Below, in pieces: positions 1 through 9,856 of a stretch of 64,000 nucleotides of DNA. The notes beneath the pieces are model-generated. The model was given only the letters and a program-made list of their open reading frames with translations. It made no database searches and was not told the DNA's origin. Position numbers and translations under genes: made by a program. This DNA comes from Nannocystis bainbridge (lineage in GTDB: Bacteria > Myxococcota_A > Polyangia > Nannocystales > Nannocystaceae), in the NCBI RefSeq assembly GCF_028368995.1, contig NZ_JAQNDL010000001.1, positions 2,048,001 to 2,112,000 of the forward strand. The letters run 5' to 3'. Within the stretch, counting starts at the first letter, position 1, and the number at the start of each line of letters is the position of its first letter.

Positions 1-1293
1 GTACAGCAAATAATAGTAGTCGTCGCGCCGCACGATCCACTGCGCCTCGACGACCCCGCCCTCCCACGAATTGGGGTCGTTCGTCAGGATCTGCACCGGC
101 TCGTCGGCGAAATCCAGGCCATCGGGGGTGAGCTGGCGGATGAAGATCGGCGTCGGCTGGCCCTGCGAGTTGCCGTCGATCTTGTAGGTGAGATAGGGGA
201 CGCCGGCATCCTCGTAGAAGCTGGCGTCGATGACCCCGAGCGGATGCTCGACCAGCGGACCGGGGCGCTCGGTGTAGGGCCCGAGCGGGTCGTCGGCGTA
301 GGCGGCACCGATGCTGAGCACGTTGCCGCCGTTGACCGTGGTGAAGTACGCCATGTACTTGCCGCCGACGCGGTGCAGCTCGGGTGCCCAGTTGCGATTG
401 CCGTTGGCGGCCCACGCCGGCTTGCCGTTCGGCAGCACCGCGGCGCCGGTGTCGTTCCACAGCACGAGGTCGCGCGAGTGGCGGATCGGGAACGAGCCGC
501 CGGTGCACACCATGTAAAAATGCGGGCCGTCGGGCTGTTCGACGCCGAGCACGCCGGGGTCGGGGCAATCGAACGGGATCACGGGGTTGCCGTACGGGGG
601 CTTGGGCGGGCGCAGCTCGGCGGGCGGCTCGGCGGCGAGCAGGTTGTCGAGCGGGATGACCTGCTCGGCGATGGCGTCGCTCGACCACAACAGGCGGGCC
701 GACGCCTCGATGTCGATCTCGAAGTAATCGACGCGGATCGCCGCCGGCACCCCGGCCGTCAGCTCGACCGACGCCTCGTTGCGAGTGACGAAGTGGGGGA
801 TCCAGTCATCGATCACCAGGGCGTCGTCGACCCACACGCGCACGCCGTCGTCGGTCTCGGTGATGATGGTATAGGTGCCGGTCGCGGGCGCGAGCAAAGA
901 GCCGGTCCAGCGGATCGAGTGACGATCGACCGGGAGCGACGGATCGGGCGCGTCGAGGCCCCACACGAAATCGAGGCCAGGGTCGATGCGCGTCATCACC
1001 GGATCGATGTAGGTGGCGAAGTATTCGGCCCGCAGGCCGTTCACCGGCGGCGGCGGTTCGCTGGTCGAGCTGTCGCTGGTCTCGCTGGTCTCGCTGGTCT
1101 CGCTGGTGCTGGCCTCGGTCGGGCGCCCGGTGGTGGTGGTGGGCTCGGTCTCCGCGGTGCCGGTCTGCGCGTCGGTGGCAGCACCCGTCGAGGTCGTGGT
1201 GTCGGCCGTCGCCGCGGACGTGGATGAGCCGGCGTCGCTGCAGGCGAGCACGGTGAAGACAGGGGCGAGCGCCGCGAAGCTGCGTGGGTGCAT
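1..1293 (-). CDS. Lipoprotein with Thr/Ser-rich stalk, PA14 domain and GH43 glycoside hydrolase domain (3' end runs off the window)
   Basis: Not in the ORF track because it is open at the edge. Translated by hand from ATG at 1293: MHPRSFAALAPVFTVLAC (lipobox), TSETSETSE stalk, PA14 motifs GLRAEYF/WTGSL/TDDGVRVWVD, GH43 motifs CPDPGV, WAPEL, IDAS, VEAQW. Confidence 0.85.
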   Translation of the reverse strand, partial: MHPRSFAALAPVFTVLACSDAGSSTSAATADTTTSTGAATDAQTGTAETEPTTTTGRPTEASTSETSETSETSDSSTSEPPPPVNGLRAEYFATYIDPVMTRIDPGLDFVWGLDAPDPSLPVDRHSIRWTGSLLAPATGTYTIITETDDGVRVWVDDALVIDDWIPHFVTRNEASVELTAGVPAAIRVDYFEIDIEASARLLWSSDAIAEQVIPLDNLLAAEPPAELRPPKPPYGNPVIPFDCPDPGVLGVEQPDGPHFYMVCTGGSFPIRHSRDLVLWNDTGAAVLPNGKPAWAANGNRNWAPELHRVGGKYMAYFTTVNGGNVLSIGAAYADDPLGPYTERPGPLVEHPLGVIDASFYEDAGVPYLTYKIDGNSQGQPTPIFIRQLTPDGLDFADEPVQILTNDPNSWEGGVVEAQWIVRRDDYYYLLY

Positions 1294-1512
1294 CGCCGCG
1301 GATGCTACTCAAGGCAGGGTCGAGATTCGGGCGTCTGCTGATGCAGCCCGTGCAGACCCGATCACCCCATCAGCCAGTCATGGGGGGCGATGCCAGGGCA
1401 CTCGTCCCGTCATTCGACCCGATGTTTCCTGCCCACACCCTGGTGCTGCGAAAGCGACAGGCCCGCTTCGCGTGGGTCCCGTTCGTGAATCTCAGCAGCG
1501 TATGGGCATACG

Positions 1513-2307
1513 CTAGCGCACCACTTCGAACATCCCGTCGATACGGCTGATGAACACCGGCAGCGACCACGCGTTGCCATCGGCCGCCTGGCCACGGAGC
1601 ACGGGTTGGTCGTCGCGCGTGCGCGGCTCGACCACCCGACCGTCGCAGCACAGGTGCAGCACGATGTCGTCCGGGCGCAGCGGCTCGACCGTCCACGCGT
1701 TGTCCTTCGCCAGCTCCGTGAACTGCTCCTGCAGCCCTGCGCGGGCCGCCGCGGGCGTCATCCCGTAGAGCGGCGCCAGCTCGGCGAACTTGATGCGCAG
1801 GCGCGACAGCAGCCCCGGGATGTCGCCCAGCGACAGATCGGCGTGCAGCGCGTCGAGGAACATCAGCAGCTCCGCGGTGGTCGCCGCGTCCAGCTTCATC
1901 GGCGTCGCCGTCTGCCAGGCCCACGTCGGTCCCCGCGGCAGGCGAAACTCGTACGCGATCCGCAGCGGCAGCGTCGGCGGCGGGTCGTCGGGCAGCGGCG
2001 CCCACGTCAGCCCGTCGATCGGCACGTCCTCCCCGGCCGGCACGATCTCCCCGAGCGGACCGACGCAGCGCTGCACGATCAACCGGCGCGGCGACAGCGG
2101 ATCGACGATCGCGCCCGGCGGCGCGATCGCGTCGACGCGGACCGCGATCTCGTTGTCGCCGCTGACGAGCCACTCGCTGACCGAGGGGATCGCGGTGTAC
2201 GGCGCGTCGACCGGGGTGCGCAGGATCGGCGCGCGGTTGACGAACACCTCGCAGGCGTAGCCGTGGATCGAGACGTTGAGATAATCGACGGTGGACACGA
2301 TCGTCAC
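1513..2307 (-). CDS. Hypothetical protein, last gene of a 3-gene coupled operon (candidate immunity protein)
   Basis: Protein-like ORF (EVFVNRAPI...WLVSGDNEIAV). A GTG at 2307 overlaps the upstream TGA (GTGA). Confidence 0.7.
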   Translation of the reverse strand: MTIVSTVDYLNVSIHGYACEVFVNRAPILRTPVDAPYTAIPSVSEWLVSGDNEIAVRVDAIAPPGAIVDPLSPRRLIVQRCVGPLGEIVPAGEDVPIDGLTWAPLPDDPPPTLPLRIAYEFRLPRGPTWAWQTATPMKLDAATTAELLMFLDALHADLSLGDIPGLLSRLRIKFAELAPLYGMTPAAARAGLQEQFTELAKDNAWTVEPLRPDDIVLHLCCDGRVVEPRTRDDQPVLRGQAADGNAWSLPVFISRIDGMFEVVR

Positions 2308-3929
2308 AGGATGGTTCGGGACCAGATCGGCCGCTTTTCCCACAGCGTGGCCGACTTCGTCACGCTGAAGAACAGCTTGCTCTTGGCGGTGAAGGTGCCC
2401 TTGCCGGCGGAAAGGTCGAGGTTGGCCTTGAGGGCGAACGGGGCCAGCTCCATCACCGCGGCGCCCTCGAAGCCGGCGTTGATCTTGCCGACCACCTCGA
2501 CCCAGTCGCCGAGCGCCCCGCGGACCCCGATCTCGCCGCCGACCGCCGGCGGCACCGTGACCGTCGCCGCCGGCCCGGTGCGGTCGGGGTTGGCCTCGCG
2601 CGTGAACGTCAGCTTGAGCTCACCGGTCACCGCCCCGTACACCTGGGCCTTGGCGCTCAGCAGCTCGAGGCCGAACGCGATCTCGGCCTTGGCCGACACC
2701 AGCGTCAGCGCCACCTCGACCTTGTAATAGCGGTAGACGGTGTGATTCTTCGGCCACTCTTTATAGCCCCACTCGTACTCGAGGCTGCCGGCGAACACCT
2801 CGACCTCGACCGAGAAGGTCCAGCCGATCTTCGGCATGCGGTTGGCGATCGCCTTGAAGAACTCGATGAGCCCGAGGATCTGCTTGCGCAGGGTCAGCAG
2901 GAACTCGATGAACTCGGCGGCCTTGAACGACTGGGTCCAGTCGGCGCCGTTGCGCGTGAACGTGAAGCTCTTGGCGGTCGACAGCGCGCGGCCGTCGGGC
3001 GCGTCGCTGCCCTCGTACTTGTCGGACGAGTAGTCGCGGCCGCGGATCGTGCCGAGCTGCTGGGTCTGCGTCACCGTGCCGTGGCGGTTGCCGACCGACT
3101 CGGTGCGGCGATACAGCTCGGTGTTGCCGGTCGTCCGCATCTCCTCCTTGGTCGACTGCGACGTGCGCGCGAGCCCGCGGGTGTCGCTGCTCGAGCTCGA
3201 GCTGCCCTGGACCTTGCCCTCGCTGTAGCGCGAGTCGGCGCGCTCGCGCTTGCGCACCGACGGGATCTGCAGCCCGATCTTGAAGATGTCGGGCGGGTAG
3301 ACCGCGACCTTGTGCTTCCAGCTGTAGAACGCCTTCGGCTGCGGCGCCGGGCGGGCCCCGCAGGCCGCCATCGTGAACACCCACATCGCCGGCGGCGGGA
3401 AGAAGAACTGGCGCAGGCCGGCGAAGAAGCCGATGCGCGTGATGTTGGCGAGGCGGTTCTTGAACCAGTTGGGCTCGTACGAGACCGCGACCGCGTGCGT
3501 CGGTCCGCGCAGCACCTTGACCTCGCCGCGGCCCGCCGGCGGCTGGACCGTCAGCGCCGGGTGGCCGGGCGAGTAGCCGGGGCCGCCCGAGGCCTTGACG
3601 GTGATGGTGTCGGGCTCGATGACCTCGAACCTGTCGGTGACCGCCGGGTTGCGCTTGTTCGGCGAGTGCACCTGGTTGGTCATGATCTTGCCGCGACCCA
3701 TGTCGAGCCAGAACGCGACGCTCTTGATCTCCCGCTTGTCGGCGACGCCGCAGTGCTTGCAGCTGAACTCGAGCTTGTCGAAGTCGCACGGCGGGACCTT
3801 GCGCGGCTGCTGCTTCTGGCAGGTCGCGCACGGCTTGTTGGCCGGCTGACCGGCCTTGCTCTTCAGCGCCGGCGGCGGCGTCTTGCGCGGCGAGGGCCGG
3901 GCGGGTCTTTGGGCTGGTCTTTGGGTCAT
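2304..3929 (-). CDS. Hypothetical ~540-aa protein with N-terminal CxxC motifs and beta-rich C-terminus (candidate secreted effector)
   Basis: ATG at 3929 overlaps the upstream stop (ATGA). Sequence PCATCQ...SCKHCG; Lys-rich and protein-like, unlike the overlapping shadow ORFs. Confidence 0.75.
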   Translation of the reverse strand: MTQRPAQRPARPSPRKTPPPALKSKAGQPANKPCATCQKQQPRKVPPCDFDKLEFSCKHCGVADKREIKSVAFWLDMGRGKIMTNQVHSPNKRNPAVTDRFEVIEPDTITVKASGGPGYSPGHPALTVQPPAGRGEVKVLRGPTHAVAVSYEPNWFKNRLANITRIGFFAGLRQFFFPPPAMWVFTMAACGARPAPQPKAFYSWKHKVAVYPPDIFKIGLQIPSVRKRERADSRYSEGKVQGSSSSSSDTRGLARTSQSTKEEMRTTGNTELYRRTESVGNRHGTVTQTQQLGTIRGRDYSSDKYEGSDAPDGRALSTAKSFTFTRNGADWTQSFKAAEFIEFLLTLRKQILGLIEFFKAIANRMPKIGWTFSVEVEVFAGSLEYEWGYKEWPKNHTVYRYYKVEVALTLVSAKAEIAFGLELLSAKAQVYGAVTGELKLTFTREANPDRTGPAATVTVPPAVGGEIGVRGALGDWVEVVGKINAGFEGAAVMELAPFALKANLDLSAGKGTFTAKSKLFFSVTKSATLWEKRPIWSRTIL

Positions 3930-4276
3930 GTCTCCGCCGGGCTCTGGTAAAGGCTGCCGAGCAGCTCCATCGGCTCGGGCCACGATTGCAGCTCGTCGAG
4001 GTTGTGAAGCACGCCGATCGCGTCGTCGGAGTCGGCGAACCGCTCGTCGAAGCGCGACGCGACCTCGAGGTGGCGCAGCAGCGAGACCTCCTCGACCAGC
4101 CCGAGGGCGAGCCCGCGGTCCAGCCGGCGCTCGACCCACGCCGCCGCGACCTCGTCGCTGGCCTCGTCCCACCGCTCGGGGTGCGCGTCGCGGAGGTGAG
4201 CGACCGCCCCGACGACGAACCGCCGCCGCGACAGGGCCGTGAGGGCATCGATCTGCGGGCGACGGATCTTGAGCAT
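3926..4276 (-). CDS. Small hypothetical protein (MLKIRRPQIDAL...), resembling small T6SS-associated accessory proteins
   Basis: C-terminal 116 aa of ORF 3926..4840, ATG at 4276. Family assignment is from memory of ML.IR..Q-start proteins found near vgrG/DUF4123 genes. Confidence 0.65.
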   Translation of the reverse strand: MLKIRRPQIDALTALSRRRFVVGAVAHLRDAHPERWDEASDEVAAAWVERRLDRGLALGLVEEVSLLRHLEVASRFDERFADSDDAIGVLHNLDELQSWPEPMELLGSLYQSPAET

Positions 4277-4495
4277 GCGCAGCAGCCAGGCGGCGGGCCT
4301 CGACCATAGCGAACGGCTCCGCGTCCGCCTACAGCGTTCTGAGGGGTGCAGGGCGCGATACCGCGACGCGCTGGCCACGCTGCGCGCGTCGCATCGCGCC
4401 GGCACGACGACGCCGCGCTCGCGCCAGCGCTCCGCCGCGCCGCAGCGACCCGCCTCGCGCGGCGACGAGCGACCCGGTGTTACGATCGCACGGTC

Positions 4496-4963
4496 ATGCG
4501 TCCGCAGATCGTCCTCATCGCGTCGCTCCTGGCCCTGCCCGCCGCCGGCTGCGAGTCGCAAGCTTGCACCCTGATCGGCTGCGTCGGCACGTTCGCCGTC
4601 TTCCTCGAGCGCGCGGCCTGGACCGCCGGCGAGTACACGGTCACGGTCGTCGCCGACGACGAGACGATCGCATGCACGGCCACGCTGCCGCTGCAGTGCG
4701 ACGCGCCGCCCGCCTGTCCCGAGGCGTCGCAGCTGACCCTCGGCGTCGAAGGCTGCAAACTCCCGCCGGCCCAGCACAAGCTCGGCAACCTCGAGTTTCG
4801 CCAGGGCAAGGCGCCCAAGTCGGTGTCGGTGCAGGTCCACCAGGACGACGTGCTGCTCGGCGAGGGCACCTACACACCGGACTACAGCGAGTCACAGCCC
4901 AACGGCCCCGACTGCGGGCCGATCTGCGTCGGCGCCGAGGGGGTCACGCTCACGCTCAAGTGA
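4496..4963 (+). CDS. Cys-containing lipoprotein
   Basis: MRPQIVLIASLLALPAAGC lipobox; ACTLIGC and PNGPDCGPIC motifs. Confidence 0.8.
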   Translation: MRPQIVLIASLLALPAAGCESQACTLIGCVGTFAVFLERAAWTAGEYTVTVVADDETIACTATLPLQCDAPPACPEASQLTLGVEGCKLPPAQHKLGNLEFRQGKAPKSVSVQVHQDDVLLGEGTYTPDYSESQPNGPDCGPICVGAEGVTLTLK

Positions 4964-4967
4964 TGCC

Positions 4968-5105
4968 GTCTTCTTTTGGCATGTCTTTTCGAACATTCTT
5001 TAAAGAACATGTCCATCACGACATGTCCATCACGACATGTCTATTACGACATATTGCTACGAGATATCCATGGCGCAGGTTCCATTCGCCATGTCCCTTT
5101 CGCCC
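4968..5105. repeat. Tandem array of ~10 degenerate 14-bp palindromic units (TGTC-N6-GACA)
   Basis: Consecutive units from 4982: tgtcttttcgaaca, ttctttaaagaaca, tgtccatcacgaca, tgtccatcacgaca, tgtctattacgaca, then decayed copies to ~5105. AT-rich relative to the flanks. Confidence 0.9.
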
Positions 5106-5207
5106 GGGGCGGACCCGCGGCGCGCGGTCCCGCGGACGCTCGCGCCCCGTGACGGCGATCGCCTCCCCGCTGCGTGAGCGCGCCGCGCCGGCGAGACGCT
5201 CCCATGT

Positions 5208-6257
5208 TTGGCGGAGCCCGTGCTCTCGCTCGACCCACTCGGCCCCGACGACCTCGACGAATCGCGCGAGCGGGCGCGCCTGGCCGCGCACGGCGGCGGC
5301 GGCGTGCTCTCGCCGTACGGCCCCGTCCGTCCGACCCTGCGGCCGCTGGTGCTCGTCCACGGCATCCACGGCCACCCGGGCGAGCTCGCGCCGGTGGCAG
5401 AGCACGTAAGGGCGACCGGCAGCGCCCAGCCGTATTTCTTCACCTACGACGATCTCGGGCGCTACCTCGATCGCAGCGGCGACGAGCTCGCGCGCGCCCT
5501 GGCGCAGCTCGCCTGTCACGCCCCGCGACCCGCGGTCGTGATCGTGGCCCACTCGATGGGCGGCATCGTCGCTCGCTGCGCGCTCAACTCGCTCGTCGAC
5601 CCGCGGTGGTTCCCGCTGTTCAGCCATCGCCGGCTGCGCCGCGGCAAGGTCCGCGTCCGCGGCAGCGCCGAGGCCGTGCGCGCGGGCGTGCGCCTCGAAG
5701 CCGCCTGCGCCGCCGACTTCGCCGCCGTCGACCTCCTCACCGTCGACACCCCGTGGTCCGGCTTCGCCGCGCCGCGCCTCGACCTGCGCAACTTGTGGCG
5801 GCGTCAGCGAAGCTGGGTCGACATGGTCTCCAACAGCACCGTGCTGACGCGCCTGCACGACGTCGCCTTGCCGTCGCATCTCCGGATCCACCATATCGAG
5901 GCCGATCAACCCGGCGCAGGCCTCGATCACGACAAGATTCGCACGCTCGGTGACCTCGACGACCGCGACCTCCTCCGCTTCCAGCGCGCGATCCTCGGCG
6001 AACGTGGCGCGCTCGGCCGCGACCCACGCCTGCGCAACATGTTCGCCGCCCTCGCTGGCGAACGCAGCTTCCCCATGCTCGCCGAGGGCCTGCGCGCGAC
6101 CGGCATCGTCGACGCCCCGGCGTTCCGCGCCGAGCTGCGGCGGGCCGTCCCGCGGCTCGCCGGCAGTCACACCTCCGTGCTGCAGAACACCGCCCTGTTC
6201 GCCCTGCTCGACGCATGGCTCGCCCGCGGCGCCATTGAAGTGCAGCGCCAAGCCTGA
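5208..6257 (+). CDS. Alpha/beta hydrolase (lipase/esterase-like)
   Basis: LVLVHGI oxyanion motif, AHSMGG nucleophile elbow, TVDTPWSG, C-terminal SH. TTG start. Confidence 0.8.
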   Translation: MAEPVLSLDPLGPDDLDESRERARLAAHGGGGVLSPYGPVRPTLRPLVLVHGIHGHPGELAPVAEHVRATGSAQPYFFTYDDLGRYLDRSGDELARALAQLACHAPRPAVVIVAHSMGGIVARCALNSLVDPRWFPLFSHRRLRRGKVRVRGSAEAVRAGVRLEAACAADFAAVDLLTVDTPWSGFAAPRLDLRNLWRRQRSWVDMVSNSTVLTRLHDVALPSHLRIHHIEADQPGAGLDHDKIRTLGDLDDRDLLRFQRAILGERGALGRDPRLRNMFAALAGERSFPMLAEGLRATGIVDAPAFRAELRRAVPRLAGSHTSVLQNTALFALLDAWLARGAIEVQRQA

Positions 6258-6321
6258 CCCGCGGCCGTGAATTGACCGAGCTCTTACAATCGCCGCGCAG
6301 CCTGCCGACTACGGTGAGGGC

Positions 6322-7074
6322 ATGCCCCGCAGGACGCTCCTCCTCCTCCTCGCGCTCGCCGGCTGCCAGGCCTCGCCCTGCCCGCGTGAGGCCCCCACCG
6401 TCATCGCCTGGACCCCCGGCGAGCAGTCCGGCGTCGCCGTGCCAGGGCGCACCATCACCGTCGCCGGGGCGGCCGAGGTCCTCACGGCGCCCGACACCTT
6501 CGAGCTGACGATCGGCTTCGACCTCCAGGCCCCCGACCTCGCGCGCGCCCGCGACGACAGCCGCCTGCGCGCCCGCGCCCTGCTCGACGTCATCGCCAAG
6601 AGAGCGATCCCCGAGACCGACGTCCAGACCCAGGAGCTGTCGCTGCAGCCGCGCTACGAGAGCTACGAGCACCGCAAGATCGTCGGCTATCAGGCCACGC
6701 GGCTCATGGTCGTCACCTTGCACGACCTCGACGACGTCGAAGCTGTCCTTTACGACATGCTCGCCGCCGGGGCCAACCGCGTCGACCGGGTCCAGTTCTC
6801 GAGCAGCGCCACCGGCGAGAAACGGGCCGAGGCGCGCGTGCTCGCCGTCCAGGCCGCGCGCGACAAGGCCCAGGCCATGGCCGGCGCGCTCGGCCAGCTG
6901 CTCGGCGAGCCGCTGCGCGTCGAGGAGGTCACCCTCGATCCGTGGCGCCCGCCGACGATGAACAACATGGCCCTCAACAACGACTCGGTCGCGCAGATCG
7001 GCGAAACCGTGGCGAGCGGCCGCGTCCGCGTGCAGGCCAACGTGTCCGTCACCTTCGCGCTCGCGCACCAGTGA
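6322..7074 (+). CDS. SIMPL (DUF541) domain lipoprotein
   Basis: Lipobox LAGC; ITVAGAAEV..APD, IVGYQA, GANRV, A..AARDKAQAMA, VQANVSVTF. Confidence 0.9.
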   Translation: MPRRTLLLLLALAGCQASPCPREAPTVIAWTPGEQSGVAVPGRTITVAGAAEVLTAPDTFELTIGFDLQAPDLARARDDSRLRARALLDVIAKRAIPETDVQTQELSLQPRYESYEHRKIVGYQATRLMVVTLHDLDDVEAVLYDMLAAGANRVDRVQFSSSATGEKRAEARVLAVQAARDKAQAMAGALGQLLGEPLRVEEVTLDPWRPPTMNNMALNNDSVAQIGETVASGRVRVQANVSVTFALAHQ

Positions 7075-7217
7075 CCTGTCCTCGCGGACACATTGCGGTG
7101 AGCGTCGGCGTCTCCGCCCAAGCCCACAAACGACGGCGGCGCCGGTCCTGCCCACGACGGGCGGACCGGCAGCCCCTTTCTCCGGGCCCGTTCAACGTGC
7201 AGTGAAGGGCCGGTCCG

Positions 7218-7871
7218 CTAGCAGGACGTGATGTTGCATGCGCACTGCCAGTCGAGCACGGCCGCCACGCATTCCGCGCCCCCAAGCGCGCAGCCCACGC
7301 CGAACGTGGTGAGGCACGTCGCCGCAGCCGCGCCGCAGACGAGCCCGAGTTGCAGCGTCGCCGCGGCACAATCCAACCACCGGCGCTGAACCTCCGCGCC
7401 TCCTTCGACCGCCTGGATGTCGGCGACCAGGGCCGCGAACAGCCGCCCCTGCGCGCCGCCGAGCGTGCTCTCGCGGAGCTGACCGCTCGCGTCGAACGTG
7501 AGGGTGCCGCTGTCCGGCGCGTTCATCTGCACGGCGACGCCGAGCAGCGCGCCGCTGTCGTCGTGGTCGACCTGGATCTGCAGCTCGACGATCACGCGAT
7601 CGTCGGCGTCCACGCCGGCGATCCGCACGTTCTCCTCGTCGTAGACGCTCCAGGACACCACGCCGTCCGTCAGCGCGAGCGTCTCCGGGGACGCGGGAAT
7701 CACCGCGTCCGGCTCCACACGCTGTTCGGCCGCTTCGATCTGCGTGGTCAGCAATTCGGCGGAGTTGCCCTGAATCGACGGACCCGGACTGTCGCAACCT
7801 CCGAGGATGGCGACGAACGCGAGCCCGATGGACGTGAAGCTGATTGAACGATGGATGGTATGGATTCCCAT
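7218..7871 (-). CDS. Lipoprotein with C-terminal 8-Cys hydrophobic peptide (halocin C8-like precursor architecture)
   Basis: ATG at 7871, lipobox ILGGC, acidic middle domain, then VQRR followed by WLDCAAA...WQCACNITSC. Confidence 0.7.
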   Translation of the reverse strand: MGIHTIHRSISFTSIGLAFVAILGGCDSPGPSIQGNSAELLTTQIEAAEQRVEPDAVIPASPETLALTDGVVSWSVYDEENVRIAGVDADDRVIVELQIQVDHDDSGALLGVAVQMNAPDSGTLTFDASGQLRESTLGGAQGRLFAALVADIQAVEGGAEVQRRWLDCAAATLQLGLVCGAAAATCLTTFGVGCALGGAECVAAVLDWQCACNITSC

Positions 7872-7990
7872 GACTGCTTTTCCTCCCGCTCGCGGAGTGG
7901 GGCGGAGAGCAGAAATCGTTCGTGGGAGACCAGACTTTGCACGATAAGTATCGTGCAAGGAGCCTCGCGCGCCGGCTCCTGCGGCGATGT

Positions 7991-9814
7991 TCACTCGCTA
8001 TCGGCGGCGACCTGCGGGGCCACGATCGTCGACTGCAGGACCTCCGTCGACTCGCACTTGCCGGGGATCAGCGCGTAGCAGGCGACGAGCGCCAGGAGCA
8101 CCATCGCGGGAGCCGCCTTGATCTGACGGCTCCGCAGCTCCCTCGCGTACGAGCGCGCCGCGAACACCTCGGCGATCAACTCCTGCTGGATGAGCTTCAG
8201 CTCGGCGAGGAACATGCGCGCCGGCCCTGCCCCGCGCTCGGTGCGGTCGATGACGAAGCTGCCCGGGAGCCCCCGGACCATGGCGCGTAGGATCACGAGC
8301 ATCATCTCGTCGCGGAAGAACGGCTCGCGGATGCTGTTGCGCCGGTTCGCGTAGTTGTCGCGCCTGCAGACGGCGCGGATCTCGAGTCCGCACGGCTGAT
8401 CCTGGATCGCGCCGGCGAAGTTGCCGAGCGCCTCGACCTGGTCGTGCCGCCCTGTCAGGATGTAATGGAAGGTCGCGCCGAGGGCGTACACGTCGTGCGC
8501 TTCGCCCAGCGGGCGGACGATCTCGAGGTGCCGCGGCAGATGCTTCGGCGCGTTGCCCTCGAAGTAGGCATGGCCATCCTCGATCCTGGCGATCGTGAGG
8601 TCGTGCGCGTGCACCCGATCGTGCTTGTCGGCGATGATGTCACCGACGCGGATCGACGCCGGCGACTGCGCCAGGCCGGCCGGGATCCGGAACCGGCGCT
8701 GTGCGTGATCGAACTCCAGGCCGGTGCCGATCGACTGTCGACGGTAGCGCGCCTCCGGTGACAGGTACGGCAGTTTGGTCGCTGCGATGTTGGTGTCGGC
8801 GTCCTCGTACCACGACCGGGTCAGCTTCTCCTTGTCCGCGAGCCCGAAGTCGATCACGCGGATCTCGGTCGACTGGTTGGCGGCGTGGTCCAGCAGGGCG
8901 GCCACGTCGTCGACGCCGGAGACATCGTCGGCGAGCGTGCCGGCCGGCCGCTGATGCACCATGATGTTGTCGGGCGCCAGGTCCTTGTGGACCACCTGCA
9001 TCCGTTCGTGTAACCACGCGACGGTCTCCCCGATCTGGACCATCAGGTTGACCTTGGCGAGCAGGCTGACCCTCTGCGCGAGCGCCCGCTGCCGCTTGCG
9101 CGGGTGAAGCAGACCGAGGAGCTCGAGCCCCGGATCCAGCCATGCGGCCGGGAGCGCGCCCCGTTCGCCGTAATCGATGCACGCCGCATACTCGGCGAGG
9201 TTGCTCTCGAGCACCTCCATGATCATCACTTCGCGCAGCGCGAAGTTGATCACGGAGCCCGTGTTGGCGTATGGGTCCATCTCCCGCGAGCAGCACGGCT
9301 TGGTCCGCCTGCCGGTCAGCTCGCCGCCGCGCTCGGGCACGAACTCGGCGCTGAGCTCGTAGTCGCAGGCGTTGCAGCGCAGCACGGGATAGAGGCGACC
9401 CTTGAGGTCGATGCGCTCGACCGGGACCCCGCAGCCGTTCGGGCAGGTCGGGTGGTAGAGCGTCCCGCAGCCGCACAGCACCAGCGGGCCGAGCAGCAGC
9501 ACGTCGAGCAGCGGGGTGATGCCTGGGGCGCGGTTACCGGTGAATTCGCGGTTGAGCGTGACCTCCTGGCTGAACAGCCGCTCGTCCTGGTACCCGGCGT
9601 TGTCGTGGAGCACCTTGAACGCGACCCTCCGCGACGGCTGCCCGGCGATCAACTGATGAGCCGCAAAGACCTTGGCGAAGCGCCCCGCGCCCAGCAGGCG
9701 CGGCCGAGCCATGCCCTCCTCGACGACCTGCTCGAGATCGTACTGCACCTGCGACGACAGGACGATCCGACTGCGCTGAAACGTGATGTCCGAGTTGAGC
9801 TGTGGGTTCTCCAT
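7991..9814 (-). CDS. Atypical Ser/Thr protein kinase with Cys-rich insertion and C-terminal TM helix
   Basis: GAGRFAKV, VAFKVL, HKDLAPDN, DFG, YLSPE, DVYALG. Confidence 0.85.
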   Translation of the reverse strand: MENPQLNSDITFQRSRIVLSSQVQYDLEQVVEEGMARPRLLGAGRFAKVFAAHQLIAGQPSRRVAFKVLHDNAGYQDERLFSQEVTLNREFTGNRAPGITPLLDVLLLGPLVLCGCGTLYHPTCPNGCGVPVERIDLKGRLYPVLRCNACDYELSAEFVPERGGELTGRRTKPCCSREMDPYANTGSVINFALREVMIMEVLESNLAEYAACIDYGERGALPAAWLDPGLELLGLLHPRKRQRALAQRVSLLAKVNLMVQIGETVAWLHERMQVVHKDLAPDNIMVHQRPAGTLADDVSGVDDVAALLDHAANQSTEIRVIDFGLADKEKLTRSWYEDADTNIAATKLPYLSPEARYRRQSIGTGLEFDHAQRRFRIPAGLAQSPASIRVGDIIADKHDRVHAHDLTIARIEDGHAYFEGNAPKHLPRHLEIVRPLGEAHDVYALGATFHYILTGRHDQVEALGNFAGAIQDQPCGLEIRAVCRRDNYANRRNSIREPFFRDEMMLVILRAMVRGLPGSFVIDRTERGAGPARMFLAELKLIQQELIAEVFAARSYARELRSRQIKAAPAMVLLALVACYALIPGKCESTEVLQSTIVAPQVAADSE

Positions 9815-9856
9815 GCCATCTCCCCCGGCGGAGCCGACATGCCATTCCTGCTGCCG

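Noticed and set aside
1073-1106. 9-bp tandem repeat (ctcgctggt)
   Set aside because: Encodes the TSE low-complexity stalk of the GH43 lipoprotein; an ordinary coding repeat.
4968-5105. Possible CRISPR array or iteron-containing replication origin
   Set aside because: 14-bp period with no spacers, no rep gene nearby, and the same unit is dispersed across the window.
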